Positions 18,541 through 28,729 are shown, numbered from the stretch's first letter. The stretch is DNA of 57,791 nt from Opitutia bacterium (GCA_038121045.1 JAYOMW010000002.1:1-57791), one strand, 5' to 3'. The notes: generated by a model not told the origin, from the sequence alone. A program made the numbers and translations.

Positions 18541-19389
18541 ATGTCCGATTCTACCCTATTCAAGCTCAAGTTCTGGGGAACGCGGGGAAGCATTCCCTGT
18601 CCGGGACCCGATACCGTCAAATATGGCGGAAACACCACTTGCTTTGAGATCACCTGTGGTTCAAAGAGGATCATAATCGATGCGGGAACGGGTATCCGTT
18701 TGCTTGGGAAAAAAATCATGATCGAGGAGGGAAACCTGCTCGACGCCGATTTGTTTTTCACCCACACCCACATGGATCATATTCAGGGCCTGCCTTTTTT
18801 CGCGCCCCTTTACAATCCGGTTAGCGACGTCCGATTGCATGCCGGGCACTTGACGTCAAACGACAAGTACGATCTTCGGGGAATCATTGGAACCATGTTG
18901 ATGAAAGATCCGGTCTTTCCCGTGCCAAGTTCCCTGATCGAGCAAGCTTGTTCATTCAAGGATTTCTTTTGCGGACACGTATTTGAGTTGGAGGACGGAA
19001 TCGTCATTCGCACGGGCAAGCTCAATCATCCGAATGGGGCTTGTGGATACAGAATCGAGTTTCAGGGCAAGGCAATTGCCATTTGTACCGATACGGAGCA
19101 TTACGACGACCGGATTGACGAAAACGTAGTGACCTTGGCGAAAGATGCGGACGTCATGGTGTACGATTCCGCGTACACAACGGAGGAATATCCCAAGTTC
19201 AAGGGGTGGGGACATTCGACTTGGGAGGAAGCGATCAAGGTGGCCGACGCCGCCGGGGTCAAACAGACCTTTCTTTTTCATCACGATCCGTCCCACGGCG
19301 ATGAGAAGATGGATCAAATTGCCAAAGAGGCTGCCGCTCGCAGGGAAGGCGTGAGGCCGGCCGTGGAAGGCGAAGAGATTACCCTCTAG
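18541..19389 (+). CDS. MBL-fold metallo-hydrolase (phosphodiesterase-like)
   Basis: WGTRGS, YGGNTTC, DAGTG, THTHMDHIQG, NHP, DTEH, GWGHS, FHHDP. Confidence 0.88.
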   Translation: MSDSTLFKLKFWGTRGSIPCPGPDTVKYGGNTTCFEITCGSKRIIIDAGTGIRLLGKKIMIEEGNLLDADLFFTHTHMDHIQGLPFFAPLYNPVSDVRLHAGHLTSNDKYDLRGIIGTMLMKDPVFPVPSSLIEQACSFKDFFCGHVFELEDGIVIRTGKLNHPNGACGYRIEFQGKAIAICTDTEHYDDRIDENVVTLAKDADVMVYDSAYTTEEYPKFKGWGHSTWEEAIKVADAAGVKQTFLFHHDPSHGDEKMDQIAKEAAARREGVRPAVEGEEITL

Positions 19390-20207
19390 TATTTTTCGCC
19401 CAATTTGGGCGTGCTTGAATTGAGATCAAGAAAGGGAAGGGGACCCGAGATAATATCGCTCACGATTCCTTTTCCGGCCTGATCGATCACCATCTTTTCC
19501 GGTTTCTTGTGTAGCATGAGATTTCCGGAACCGCGCATGCGGGCATCCATCCAAAGCAGTGGCGCCAGATGCGCGTTCGTTTTGCCTTGGTGCAGAAGGG
19601 TGGCCTGGTCGACCGGGAATTCCTCGGCCCGAAGCGAGCCGTCGCCTAGAATTTCCGCTTCCAATCGGTGGACGCCCTTTCCCCTGAGGACGACTACCCC
19701 GGACCCCTCGTGGCGAAGTTGGAGAGTTGGTGAAACCAGGTTTTCCAAATGAACCTTGCCGGTGGAAGAGCAAAAAACGGACAGGTTGTCGGAGTTCAAT
19801 CCGGCCGAGGTCAAGTTGCTTCCGCCGTGGACTCTTATTTCAGCCAACTTGTCTATGGAGATCATGATCTCCACGGGGAATTTTCTTTGGGCGTTCAGCT
19901 TGATGAAAGGGAGCCTGCGGGCAAGCTGATAGGTGTTGTTGGCATCGACGTAAAGGGTTCTTTTGCTGACTTTGGTAAGGACGGTGTCAATGATTTCCGA
20001 ATCCGCATAGATAGTCGCTTCCCGATTTCGTTTTCCTTTGCTCAGAAAAACGTCTACTTCTCCATTCACTTCGATTTTGTCAAAAAAGAAAAGCAATCTT
20101 CGTTGAGAAGAAATTTCCCCTGAAGTCGCCGAGCCGAACGTCAGCAAAGTTGCCAGGATAAGGATTATTACTTTGTCAGCGCCTCCCACGATTTCTCCTC
20201 TTTGCAT
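19386..20207 (-). CDS. DUF2807 / GIN-domain beta-helix protein
   Basis: FDKIEVNGEVDV and repeated GSG/GDG motifs with alternating beta strands; start uncertain because it overlaps the end of uvrB. Confidence 0.7.
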   Translation of the reverse strand: MQRGEIVGGADKVIILILATLLTFGSATSGEISSQRRLLFFFDKIEVNGEVDVFLSKGKRNREATIYADSEIIDTVLTKVSKRTLYVDANNTYQLARRLPFIKLNAQRKFPVEIMISIDKLAEIRVHGGSNLTSAGLNSDNLSVFCSSTGKVHLENLVSPTLQLRHEGSGVVVLRGKGVHRLEAEILGDGSLRAEEFPVDQATLLHQGKTNAHLAPLLWMDARMRGSGNLMLHKKPEKMVIDQAGKGIVSDIISGPLPFLDLNSSTPKLGEKY

Positions 20208-22215
20208 ATTTCCCACGACCGATGGCTCCGCCCTGTGTCGAGGACACGAGGTTTCCCTTGGCCCCTTCCTGAAGAAAAGAAACCTGATCGCGCAGGAGGG
20301 CGGCCTTTTCAAACTCGAGTTTCTTCACTGCATCCATCATCTCTTGCTCGAGCTCTTTGATCAATTTCTTCACTTGCTTGCCGGAAAGACTTTCCGATAC
20401 GGCGAGTTCGTCTTTCTCCGTCTCTTTCTTTGCTACAAGGCTTTCCTGAACCGGTCGAACGACGCTTTGCGGGACAATGCCATGGCGCTCGTTGAAGGCC
20501 ATCTGTTTTTCCCTGCGATATTGACAGACGTCCCAGGCCCGCTGAAGAGATTGGGTCATGACGTCGGCGTAGAAGATGACTTTCCCTTTTTCATGCCGAG
20601 CCGCTCTTCCGGCGGTTTGAATCAAACTCGTTTCGCTACGCAGAAAACCTTCCTTGTCCGCGTCCAGAACTACGACGAGCGCGACTTCGGGCAAATCCAA
20701 CCCTTCCCTCAGAAGGTTGACCCCCACAAGCACGTCGAAAGCGCCGGCCCGCAAGTTTCTCAAAAGTTCCACTCTCTCGATGGCATCAATATCCGAATGA
20801 AGGTACTCGACTTTGATTTCACGCTCACGCAGAAAATCGGTCAGATCCTCGGTCATCCTCTTGGTCAAGGTCGTGACCAAAGCGCGGTATCCGGTTTGAG
20901 CGAGCTTCTTGATTTCCGAAATGCAATCCTCCACCTGCCCCTTGATGGGGCGGATTTCCATTTCCGGGTCCAGCAGGCCGGTGGGGCGGATCAATTGCTC
21001 GACAACGAGGCTCGATTTTTCGAGCTCGAGTTGAGCTGGAGTTGCGGATACGTAAACCGTTTGCCCAGTCACTCGTGTGAACTCTTCGGGCTTGAGCGGA
21101 CGATTATCGAGGGCGGAGGGCAGCCTGAAACCAAAATCCACCAGTTTTTGCTTTCTTGAGTAATCTCCGCGATACATCCCTCCGATTTGGGGTAAAGTGA
21201 CGTGGCTCTCGTCGACGAAAAGCAAAAAGTCCTCCGGAAAAAAATCAATCAGGCACCAGGGGCGCTGGCCCGGTTTTCTGCCCGAGAGATGACGCGAGTA
21301 ATTTTCTATGCCGTTGCAAAAACCTATCTCCCGCAGCATTTCCATATCGTATTCCGTGCGCATTCTGATCCTTTGGGCTTCCAAAAGCAGGTTCTCCTTT
21401 TCAAACCAGGCCACGCGTTCCTCAAGTTCTTTCTCGATGGCCTTGCAGGCAGCGGCGACCTTTTCCTTGGTGCTTGCGTATTGGCTGGCCGGATAGACGC
21501 GATAGCTCTCGAGTTCGCCGAGGGTTGAGCCTGAAATTGCGTCAATCTCACGTATCCCCTCGATTTCATCGCCCCAAAATTCGATCCTTATGGGGTTGTT
21601 CGCATAAGCGGGGAACAAGTCCACGACGTCTCCTCTTACGCGGAATCGTCCGGCTTTGAGCTCGACGTCGTTCCTATTGTAAAGACCCTCGATTAATTTC
21701 TCCAGAAGAGTGTCTCGCCCCATCTCTTCGCCTTTCTCGATTTCCACCGAAAGAGCCCGGAAGTCATCCGGGGAGCCCAATCCGTAAATGCAAGATACGC
21801 TGGCAATGACGATGACGTCGCTGCGACTTATGAGCGAACCGGTTGCGGCGAGACGGAGTCGTTCGATTTCCTCGTTGATCGAGGAGTCCTTCTCGATGAA
21901 GGTGTCGGTGGATGGGACGTAGGCTTCCGGTTGATAGTAGTCGTAATAGCTGACGAAGTATTCGACGGCGTTCTCCGGGAAGAAGGCCTTGAATTCGGAA
22001 TACAATTGGGCGGCCAACGTCTTGTTGTGCGAAATGACAAGGGCGGGCCGCTGAAGTCGCTGAATGACGTTGGCCATGGTGAAGGTCTTTCCCGAACCGG
22101 TCACGCCAAGAAGAGTTTGGTCTTGGTTGCCTTCTTCGAGAGAGCGGACCAAGGAATCGATCGCCTCGGGTTGATCGCCCTGCGGCTTGTAATCGGAAAC
22201 AAGCTTGAATTTCAT
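20176..22215 (-). CDS. uvrB: Excinuclease ABC subunit B
   Basis: GDQPEAI, GVTGSGKT, SYYDYYQPEAY, DESH, GRAAR and a C-terminal UVR domain. Confidence 0.98.
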   Translation of the reverse strand: MKFKLVSDYKPQGDQPEAIDSLVRSLEEGNQDQTLLGVTGSGKTFTMANVIQRLQRPALVISHNKTLAAQLYSEFKAFFPENAVEYFVSYYDYYQPEAYVPSTDTFIEKDSSINEEIERLRLAATGSLISRSDVIVIASVSCIYGLGSPDDFRALSVEIEKGEEMGRDTLLEKLIEGLYNRNDVELKAGRFRVRGDVVDLFPAYANNPIRIEFWGDEIEGIREIDAISGSTLGELESYRVYPASQYASTKEKVAAACKAIEKELEERVAWFEKENLLLEAQRIRMRTEYDMEMLREIGFCNGIENYSRHLSGRKPGQRPWCLIDFFPEDFLLFVDESHVTLPQIGGMYRGDYSRKQKLVDFGFRLPSALDNRPLKPEEFTRVTGQTVYVSATPAQLELEKSSLVVEQLIRPTGLLDPEMEIRPIKGQVEDCISEIKKLAQTGYRALVTTLTKRMTEDLTDFLREREIKVEYLHSDIDAIERVELLRNLRAGAFDVLVGVNLLREGLDLPEVALVVVLDADKEGFLRSETSLIQTAGRAARHEKGKVIFYADVMTQSLQRAWDVCQYRREKQMAFNERHGIVPQSVVRPVQESLVAKKETEKDELAVSESLSGKQVKKLIKELEQEMMDAVKKLEFEKAALLRDQVSFLQEGAKGNLVSSTQGGAIGRGKYAKRRNRGRR

Positions 22216-22237
22216 CAACTTGGCCAGGCTATGAAAC

Positions 22238-23830
22238 TTAGGATCTGAGGGACGAATAATATCCGGTTTCCCCCTCTGACTTTCCGATGATGGCCGCGGC
22301 GCAGCTGTCTCCCAATACGTTGACCGCGGTACGGGTCATGTCGAGAATTCGGTCGACGACGTATACGATGCCCACCCCGATGGCTATGCTTTCTTCGGGG
22401 AAGCCCACGGCCTGAAGAATGACGATGATCGCAACCAGACTGGCCGAGGGGATACCGGCTACCCCGATTGAGGTAAGCAGGGCCATCAGCACCACGGTTG
22501 TTTGGGTGACCCAACCCATTTCGATGCCGAAGAGCTGGGCGAGAAATACCACCACCACGCATTCGAAAAGGGCTGTGCCGTCCATGTTCATGGTGGCCCC
22601 CAGAGGCAGGGTGAAGCTGCTTATTTTTTTTGAAATGCCGGCCCGTTTGGTTACGCATTCCATGGTGAGGGGGAGCGTGGCCGAAGAGGATGCGGTCGAA
22701 AAGGCAGTTAGGATAGCGGGAGCCATGGCCCGGTAATGATCGACAAAGTTAATTTTGCCGAATAACCGAAGCAGAAGGGGCAGTACGACGAGGCTGTGTA
22801 CGAGCAGGCCAAGGGCAACGGTCAGGGCGAAGGAACCCATGACCGAAAGTGTTTCGAGACCGACTTTCATGAGAGTGGGAGTGACCAGTCCAAAGACGCC
22901 GTAGGGGGCGAGGGAAATGATGAAATGGGTAATCGAAAGGATGAGCGAATTGAGGCTTTCCCAAAAACCTAACTGGGTGGACCGAGCCTTTTCAGGCAGT
23001 TTCGTGATGAAAAAACCGAAGAGCAGGCTGAAGAAGATGAGACCGAGCAATTGTCCTTCCACGGCCGCCTTGAAAAGATTGGCCGGTACCATGCGGTGAA
23101 AGATTTCGAGGATGCCGGTCCACCCTTTGTCGGCTTGGTCCAAAGCGCCCTCGATCTTCGATGAATGACCGTCGGATGGATGGTCGAGCATTTGGGCTCG
23201 AATCTCATCCGGTACTTGCCCGGGTTCGATGAGGTTTACGCAAAACAAACCGGTTGCAACCGCGAGCAAGCCGGTCAGGCTGTAAAACAAAAAAGTCTTG
23301 AGCCCCAAGCGTCCGAAATCTTTCTCCCCTCCGATTCTGGCAACCCCGCATATGATCGAAGTCATGACCAACGGTATCACGACCATTTTAAGGCCGTTTA
23401 AGAAAAGTTTGCCCAAAAAGGCGCAGGCTGCCGCGAGAAACTCGAACCATCCCGCACCCGTCCAATGGGCTACTTGAGGAGCGGGTAGAGCAAAGACGGG
23501 GTCGGGGGAAACCGGCGAAGTGGCCTTTCCTTCCTCCGACGAGTAAGCAAGAGAGCCAATGACTTTGAACTCCTTGCTCAGGGAGTCGCGATCGGGTAGG
23601 GGATTGCTCTGGAATTCCGGGGCAAGTGACAGGGCGTCGACGGGGTCATGGGACAAAGACCAATTTCCGCTTTTGTCTTGTTCGACAGGCTCAAGAACCA
23701 GGAGTTCACCTTTTTGAGTAAAGACGTAGTTGCCGGAAAGATACAAGTTTGCCGCAAGACCGATTAAAAAAGACAAAGCCAAGGCAATGAATATTTTTAC
23801 GTGCAGGGGGAATTTTTTCATCTTTTTCAT
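22238..23830 (-). CDS. Dicarboxylate/amino-acid:cation symporter (GltP/GltPh family, likely Asp/Glu) with an extra loop domain
   Basis: FSTASSSATLP, NMDGT, GVAGIP, DRILDMTRTAVNVLGD (substrate-binding Asp and Arg present). Confidence 0.9.
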   Translation of the reverse strand: MKKMKKFPLHVKIFIALALSFLIGLAANLYLSGNYVFTQKGELLVLEPVEQDKSGNWSLSHDPVDALSLAPEFQSNPLPDRDSLSKEFKVIGSLAYSSEEGKATSPVSPDPVFALPAPQVAHWTGAGWFEFLAAACAFLGKLFLNGLKMVVIPLVMTSIICGVARIGGEKDFGRLGLKTFLFYSLTGLLAVATGLFCVNLIEPGQVPDEIRAQMLDHPSDGHSSKIEGALDQADKGWTGILEIFHRMVPANLFKAAVEGQLLGLIFFSLLFGFFITKLPEKARSTQLGFWESLNSLILSITHFIISLAPYGVFGLVTPTLMKVGLETLSVMGSFALTVALGLLVHSLVVLPLLLRLFGKINFVDHYRAMAPAILTAFSTASSSATLPLTMECVTKRAGISKKISSFTLPLGATMNMDGTALFECVVVVFLAQLFGIEMGWVTQTTVVLMALLTSIGVAGIPSASLVAIIVILQAVGFPEESIAIGVGIVYVVDRILDMTRTAVNVLGDSCAAAIIGKSEGETGYYSSLRS

Positions 23831-23834
23831 CCTA

Positions 23835-24500
23835 CTATGAGTGATAAAGGCTTTCGAGCAAGCCGATGCTCAGGTCCGAAGGGTTGTTCACCACCAAGTC
23901 CGCTCCGGCTTCCAGAAGATCTTTCCTGTCGCGGGTCGTGGCAAGTCCCAATCCTTTCATTCCCCCTCTCCGGGCGGCCATGATTCCATGGACGCTGTCT
24001 TCGAGCACAACGCAGTTTTGCGGCTCGGCGCTCGCAAGGGTCGCGGCTTTGAGGAAAACTTCCGGATCCGGTTTCCCCATCGACACGTCCTCGGTACAGA
24101 CGGCGCCTGAAAAGAACGCCGACAGGTCGTGCTGCTCGAAAGCCAACTCTACGTTCCGTCGTTCCGTAGAAGTACCGATTACGCACGGAATACCTTCCGC
24201 TCGAAGAGACTCCAGGAAATTCTTTATTCCATCAAGAATGGGAATCCCTTGCTCGCTCCCCATTTCTCGATAAAGCTCCTCCTTTCTCTTGCTCCAAAGG
24301 TCGATTTCAGCGTAATCTTGCGACCAACCGAGGATTTCCGGAATAATGACGGCATTTCTTTTGCCGAAGCCCCTTTTGAAGTGATCCGCCGGCAACTCTT
24401 TGCCAATTTCAGATGCCAAGGCTTCCCAGCTTCTTTCGTGGAGGGCGGAAGAGTCGATGACCACCCCGTCCCAATCGAAGATAACCGTTCTTGCCGGCAT
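23835..24500 (-). CDS. HAD family phosphatase (beta-PGM/CbbY-like)
   Basis: FDWDGVVIDS, GTST, GKPDPEVF, EDSVHG; TAATG coupling to the TIR gene. Confidence 0.88.
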   Translation of the reverse strand: MPARTVIFDWDGVVIDSSALHERSWEALASEIGKELPADHFKRGFGKRNAVIIPEILGWSQDYAEIDLWSKRKEELYREMGSEQGIPILDGIKNFLESLRAEGIPCVIGTSTERRNVELAFEQHDLSAFFSGAVCTEDVSMGKPDPEVFLKAATLASAEPQNCVVLEDSVHGIMAARRGGMKGLGLATTRDRKDLLEAGADLVVNNPSDLSIGLLESLYHS

Positions 24501-26872
24501 TATTGCTCCGTCTCGGAAGGGTCGGATTCTTCCCTGTCTTCATTTCCGGGCAGGAGACGATTTTTCAAACTTTGGAAAAACCCTGCGTCCTTCTCTTTTT
24601 CTTCTTCCGGGATGTTTTCAGGAACCGTCACCGAGGAAGGGGAAAGGCTTTGGTTCGAGTCCCAAAGATCAGGCGGGCGCGTTGAGTATCTCTTATCCAA
24701 TGGGATTTCGCTTTTTTCAAACTCCTCGAGAAAATCGATCAAGGAAGTATCGGAGTGCTCGGCAATCATGGTTTCATTGCTTTCGAGCGTAACCCTTGCG
24801 GTCGCTTTTTCCGCCAGAATTTCGTTCAGCAGATCACGGGTGAGCGTGGCCTCGGCATGATCGAAACCAAGCAATTTCTCTTGTTTTGCCAAAGTGTCGC
24901 CCAAGATTTCCATCGCACCCTCGGAGTTGTTGAAAAGGTATTGGAGTTTTCCGATCCGGAACATGGTTTTGAGGGTCATCGGGTCCTGTTCACCCATGAC
25001 CTTTCTTTCGATCTCCAAAGTCTCTTCACTGAGATGAAAGGCTTCGTCTTCTTTTCCCAGAGCAAGGTAAAGATCGGCGAGATCATTCATGGAGCGCAAA
25101 GTTTCGGGGTGTTCGACGCCGTGTTTCTCACGCAGTCTGTCACGGACCTTGATTTGCGTCTTTTCGGCTTCGTCGAGTCTTTCCAAATTCCGGTATGTTT
25201 CCGCGGTTGCCTTAAGGGTCGAAAGCGTTTCGGGATGTTTGGTGCCCAACGCTTTTTCCTTGGCGGAAAGAATTCCCAAGTAATACCTCAAGGCCTCTTC
25301 GAATTCACCCCTTGATGTTAGAATCCTCGCCAGGGAGTCGGACGCTCCGAGGGTATCGGGATGACTTTTGCCAAGGATTCTCTGCAACCCCTCGACCACT
25401 TCGATGGAGAGTTCTTCGGCTTCGTTTAGCTTTTTTCCCTTCCTCAGGGCTTCGACGAGAATTTGCCCGACTCGTAAACTCGAGGCATGCCCATCCCCGT
25501 ATCGGAGTCGGGATTTCTGGTAAACGTTCCGGGCAAGGCTTTCGCCTTGAGCGAGTTTCTCCCCGGCCAAGTAGATCATGGCAAGCTCGGACATGCATTT
25601 GAGCAACAAGGAATCGGTGTCGCTTCTGTTTTGGTCATTCAGCAGAGACAGGGACTTGGCGCACTCGTTTTCAGCTTGTTCGAGCTTCCCCATTCTGCGG
25701 TATACTTTGGCCAAGTCGATTTGAGTGTCGATCACCTCTTCGTGTCCCTCTCCAAATTCGTTGGACCTTTGTTCGAGTAGCTTTACGAGCATGGGTTGAG
25801 CTTGGACGTAATTGCCCAAGGCATCGTGAACCAAGGCGATTTCTTTCATGGCCTGCATCCGGGCGGGCAATTCCTTGGCCGTCAAATTCTCGAATAATTC
25901 AAGAACCCGCTCCAATTCAGTCTGGGCTTCGTCATAGGAGCGAATCGACCGGTAAGTTTTGCCCAGGCAGAGCCTGATCCTTGCCTCGATTTCAGGCTCG
26001 ACCGATAATTCTGCGGCCCGATCGGAACCCTGATCAAGCATGGTCTTGATCAACTCGGTATCCATGACCGCAGTGTTTTGCGGATCGAGTGAGAAAAAGA
26101 GATTTTGAACGAAAGTGGTGATTGCTTGGGTTTTGGCCAACTCTACCTCCGTCTGTTTTCGCTCTTCTACCGCATTGGCTTTGGCAAGGGATGCCTGCTG
26201 TTGCTGATAGAATGCGTAAACTGCCAAGCCGATCGCCGAAATGGCCAACACGGCGGAGATGGAGGCGATCCGGGCAAGCCTTTTTTGACGCGCGAGCAAA
26301 TCTCTTTGCTTGAGGTCATCCAAGCCCAATCCAAGCAACCCCGCGATAATCTTGAGCAAGGCGTCTTTCTCCCCATCCGCGGATAGGCGCAAGTCGGCGG
26401 CGGCCGGTTCGTGTTTGTGGTCGGTCAACTTTCCTTCTGCATCGACATCCCTCCGAGCAGCCAATGGAATGCATTCGTTGTCGGCGTCCCCGTTCAAATC
26501 TTCGACCATGGGATCACCGTCCACGACAAGGCACAGAACCCGGTCGGCTTTGCCCATGGCCTTGAACATCCTGATTTCCTCATTCACCCAGCGTGAACGA
26601 ACCGCTTGCGGTGAGCACAGAACAATCAGGTGAGAGGAATCGTCCAGAGCCTGTTCGATGAGAGGTCCCAATTGAGCGGCTCCGGCCAATTCGTCGCGGT
26701 CTCGAAAGATCGGATAAAGCCTGGCCGGCACTTTTCCGAAATCTCCATCCGTTCCAACTAGGTGCTTGGGGACGCGAAAGGACTCAAGTTTTTGCCTGAG
26801 CCATCTCGCCCTTTCTTCGTCCTTATGGGCGTAGGTTATGAATGCTCGGTACTTGTAAGATCTTTGGCTCAA
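24500..26872 (-). CDS. TIR domain - transmembrane helix - TPR array protein
   Basis: AFITYAHKD, IFRDRDEL, LIVLCSP...SRWVNEEI (TIR with catalytic-position Glu); TM IASISAVLAISAIGLAVYAFY; 42-aa TPRs with LGxxHPxTL. Confidence 0.88.
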   Translation of the reverse strand: MSQRSYKYRAFITYAHKDEERARWLRQKLESFRVPKHLVGTDGDFGKVPARLYPIFRDRDELAGAAQLGPLIEQALDDSSHLIVLCSPQAVRSRWVNEEIRMFKAMGKADRVLCLVVDGDPMVEDLNGDADNECIPLAARRDVDAEGKLTDHKHEPAAADLRLSADGEKDALLKIIAGLLGLGLDDLKQRDLLARQKRLARIASISAVLAISAIGLAVYAFYQQQQASLAKANAVEERKQTEVELAKTQAITTFVQNLFFSLDPQNTAVMDTELIKTMLDQGSDRAAELSVEPEIEARIRLCLGKTYRSIRSYDEAQTELERVLELFENLTAKELPARMQAMKEIALVHDALGNYVQAQPMLVKLLEQRSNEFGEGHEEVIDTQIDLAKVYRRMGKLEQAENECAKSLSLLNDQNRSDTDSLLLKCMSELAMIYLAGEKLAQGESLARNVYQKSRLRYGDGHASSLRVGQILVEALRKGKKLNEAEELSIEVVEGLQRILGKSHPDTLGASDSLARILTSRGEFEEALRYYLGILSAKEKALGTKHPETLSTLKATAETYRNLERLDEAEKTQIKVRDRLREKHGVEHPETLRSMNDLADLYLALGKEDEAFHLSEETLEIERKVMGEQDPMTLKTMFRIGKLQYLFNNSEGAMEILGDTLAKQEKLLGFDHAEATLTRDLLNEILAEKATARVTLESNETMIAEHSDTSLIDFLEEFEKSEIPLDKRYSTRPPDLWDSNQSLSPSSVTVPENIPEEEKEKDAGFFQSLKNRLLPGNEDREESDPSETEQ

Positions 26873-26881
26873 TTTCGATCT

Positions 26882-26910
26882 ATTTTATTTGGAGTTGAGG
26901 GAACTGGCAA
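26882..26910 (-). promoter_or_regulatory. Sigma70-type promoter of the TIR gene (TTGCCA-17-TAAAAT)
   Basis: On the minus strand, TTGCCA at 26910-26905 and TAAAAT at 26887-26882; 9 nt gap to the TTG start. Confidence 0.55.
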
Positions 26911-27101
26911 GGATTCCCGCCTGCTTTTTGTTTTTGGATTCATGTCCGGCAACCCGTGATTTGAATCCATCGTCAAATTCGGGATTGAAAACAACAATCG
27001 GTTTCCTCGGGTTTTCCGCCCGGATGCCCTGAAAGCGTTCTTCACACCCGCAACCTAAACGGAAGCAAGGCCCTCCTTGAGAATGACTTCTGAGTAAAAA
27101 T

Positions 27102-27722
27102 TTAAGCCCCGAAGAGCTCCTGAGCCCTGTTCCAATCGACGAGATTCCAAAAGGCAGAGACGTAATCGGGCCTCCTGTTTTGATAATTCAGGTAGTAGGC
27201 ATGCTCCCAGACGTCCAAACCAACGAGGGGGGTGCCCACCTCATCGGACACGCCCTCCATAAGAGGGGAGTCCTGGTTGGGCGTGGAGGTAACGGAGAGA
27301 CTTCCATCGCTCCTCTTGATCAACCAAGCCCACCCGGATCCGAACCTAGTGAGGGCCGCCTTGCCGAAAGATTCCTTCATTGAGTCAAAGCTTCCGAAGG
27401 TTGATGCGATGGCGTCCGCCAAGCTCCCTTGCGGGAGACCGCCTCCCTGAGGGGAAACGCACTTCCAGAAAAAAGTGTGGTTGGAGTGCCCGCCGCCGTT
27501 GTTGCGGACGGCCTGACGGATTTCTTCCGGGATGGCGGAAAGGTCCCGGATGAGGGAGTCGACCTCCAGGGACTCGAGGGATTCGTTGCCCTCGAGCGCT
27601 GCATTGAGGTTGTTTACGTAAGTTTGATGATGCTTCCCATGATGAATTTCCATCGTTCGGCTGTCGAAGTGAGGTTCGAGCGCATCGGTAGAATATTCCA
27701 GAGCAGGTAAGGTGTGTGACAT
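27102..27722 (-). CDS. sodA: Superoxide dismutase (Mn-type signature)
   Basis: [33 protein letters not shown]. Confidence 0.92.
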   Translation of the reverse strand: MSHTLPALEYSTDALEPHFDSRTMEIHHGKHHQTYVNNLNAALEGNESLESLEVDSLIRDLSAIPEEIRQAVRNNGGGHSNHTFFWKCVSPQGGGLPQGSLADAIASTFGSFDSMKESFGKAALTRFGSGWAWLIKRSDGSLSVTSTPNQDSPLMEGVSDEVGTPLVGLDVWEHAYYLNYQNRRPDYVSAFWNLVDWNRAQELFGA

Positions 27723-27816
27723 AATTGGAAAAGAAGTTGAATGTTGAAGAGCCTGCATAACAGCTTTTTCCCGGTGGAAGGTCAAGCCATAGAGAATTTT
27801 CGAGGCGAACCGTCTT

Positions 27817-28332
27817 CTATTTTCTTTGCATTTGGAAAAAAGCCTGAAGCATTTCTTTGCATTCCAGTTCCATTGTCCCGCTTTCGATATTAGGCCGATG
27901 GTTTGAAAAAGGAAGCAAATGAAGGTCGGTGGCGCCGCCCAAGCAACCCATCTTTGGGTCTTTGACGGCGAAATGCACTTCTCCTAGTCTCGCCATGATC
28001 GTTGCCCCGGAGCACATGGGGCAGGGCTCCTTGGTCACATACAGCCTGCATTCGTTGAGCCTCCAGTCTCCCACGGATTTGGCGGCCATCGTTATGGCGA
28101 TCATTTCCGCGTGAGCGCTCGGGTCCTTCTGCCTGCGCGTTTGGTTGAAAGCGGATGCAATCACTTCTTCGCCTCTTGCAATGACGGCTCCGACCGGAAC
28201 CTCGTCGTCATTCCACGCGTTGATTGCCTCGTTGTATGCCAATTGCATGAAAAACAGGTTTCCTTTTTCCAGTTGGGAAGGAAAAACCTTGGGGAAAGGA
28301 CATTCGACGGTCTTTTTCATGGTGAACGGCAT
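27817..28332 (-). CDS. tadA: tRNA adenosine(34) deaminase
   Basis: EVPVGAV, HAE, EPCPMC, DPK.G, FF C-terminus. Confidence 0.88.
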   Translation of the reverse strand: MPFTMKKTVECPFPKVFPSQLEKGNLFFMQLAYNEAINAWNDDEVPVGAVIARGEEVIASAFNQTRRQKDPSAHAEMIAITMAAKSVGDWRLNECRLYVTKEPCPMCSGATIMARLGEVHFAVKDPKMGCLGGATDLHLLPFSNHRPNIESGTMELECKEMLQAFFQMQRK

Positions 28333-28410
28333 AATACCTATTTCTTCCTTTGATGAAAGGACTTACTTGACATAGCGTGCCATGATGGTGTGATGAACTC
28401 TTTTACACAT

Positions 28411-28689
28411 ATGTCCGGAGAAGAAGTTATCGAAGTCGAAGGCAAGATCACCGCGGTCTTGCCCAGTACCATGTTCAGAGCGGAGCTTGAGAACGGCCAT
28501 CAGGTTCTTGCTCATATTTCCGGAAAGTTGCGCAAGCACTTTATCAAGATTACCGTTGGAGACATCGTGAAAATGGAGATGAGCACGCAAGACCTCGAAA
28601 AGGCCAGAATCGTTTATCGATTGAAAAATGCGGAGGTCAACAGAAACGCCCCCATCCGTAGCTTCGGCCCCAAAAACAAAAGGAAGTGA
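28411..28689 (+). CDS. infA: Translation initiation factor IF-1
   Basis: IEVEG...[22 protein letters not shown]...I..GD.V. Confidence 0.95.
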   Translation: MSGEEVIEVEGKITAVLPSTMFRAELENGHQVLAHISGKLRKHFIKITVGDIVKMEMSTQDLEKARIVYRLKNAEVNRNAPIRSFGPKNKRK

Positions 28690-28729
28690 CCCCAAACAGG
28701 TCACTGGCAATCAAAGGAAATCCCCCAAA

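Noticed and set aside
28624-28689. Basic C-terminal extension on IF-1
   Set aside because: A short tail that is plausibly ordinary lineage variation; nothing indicates a new function.
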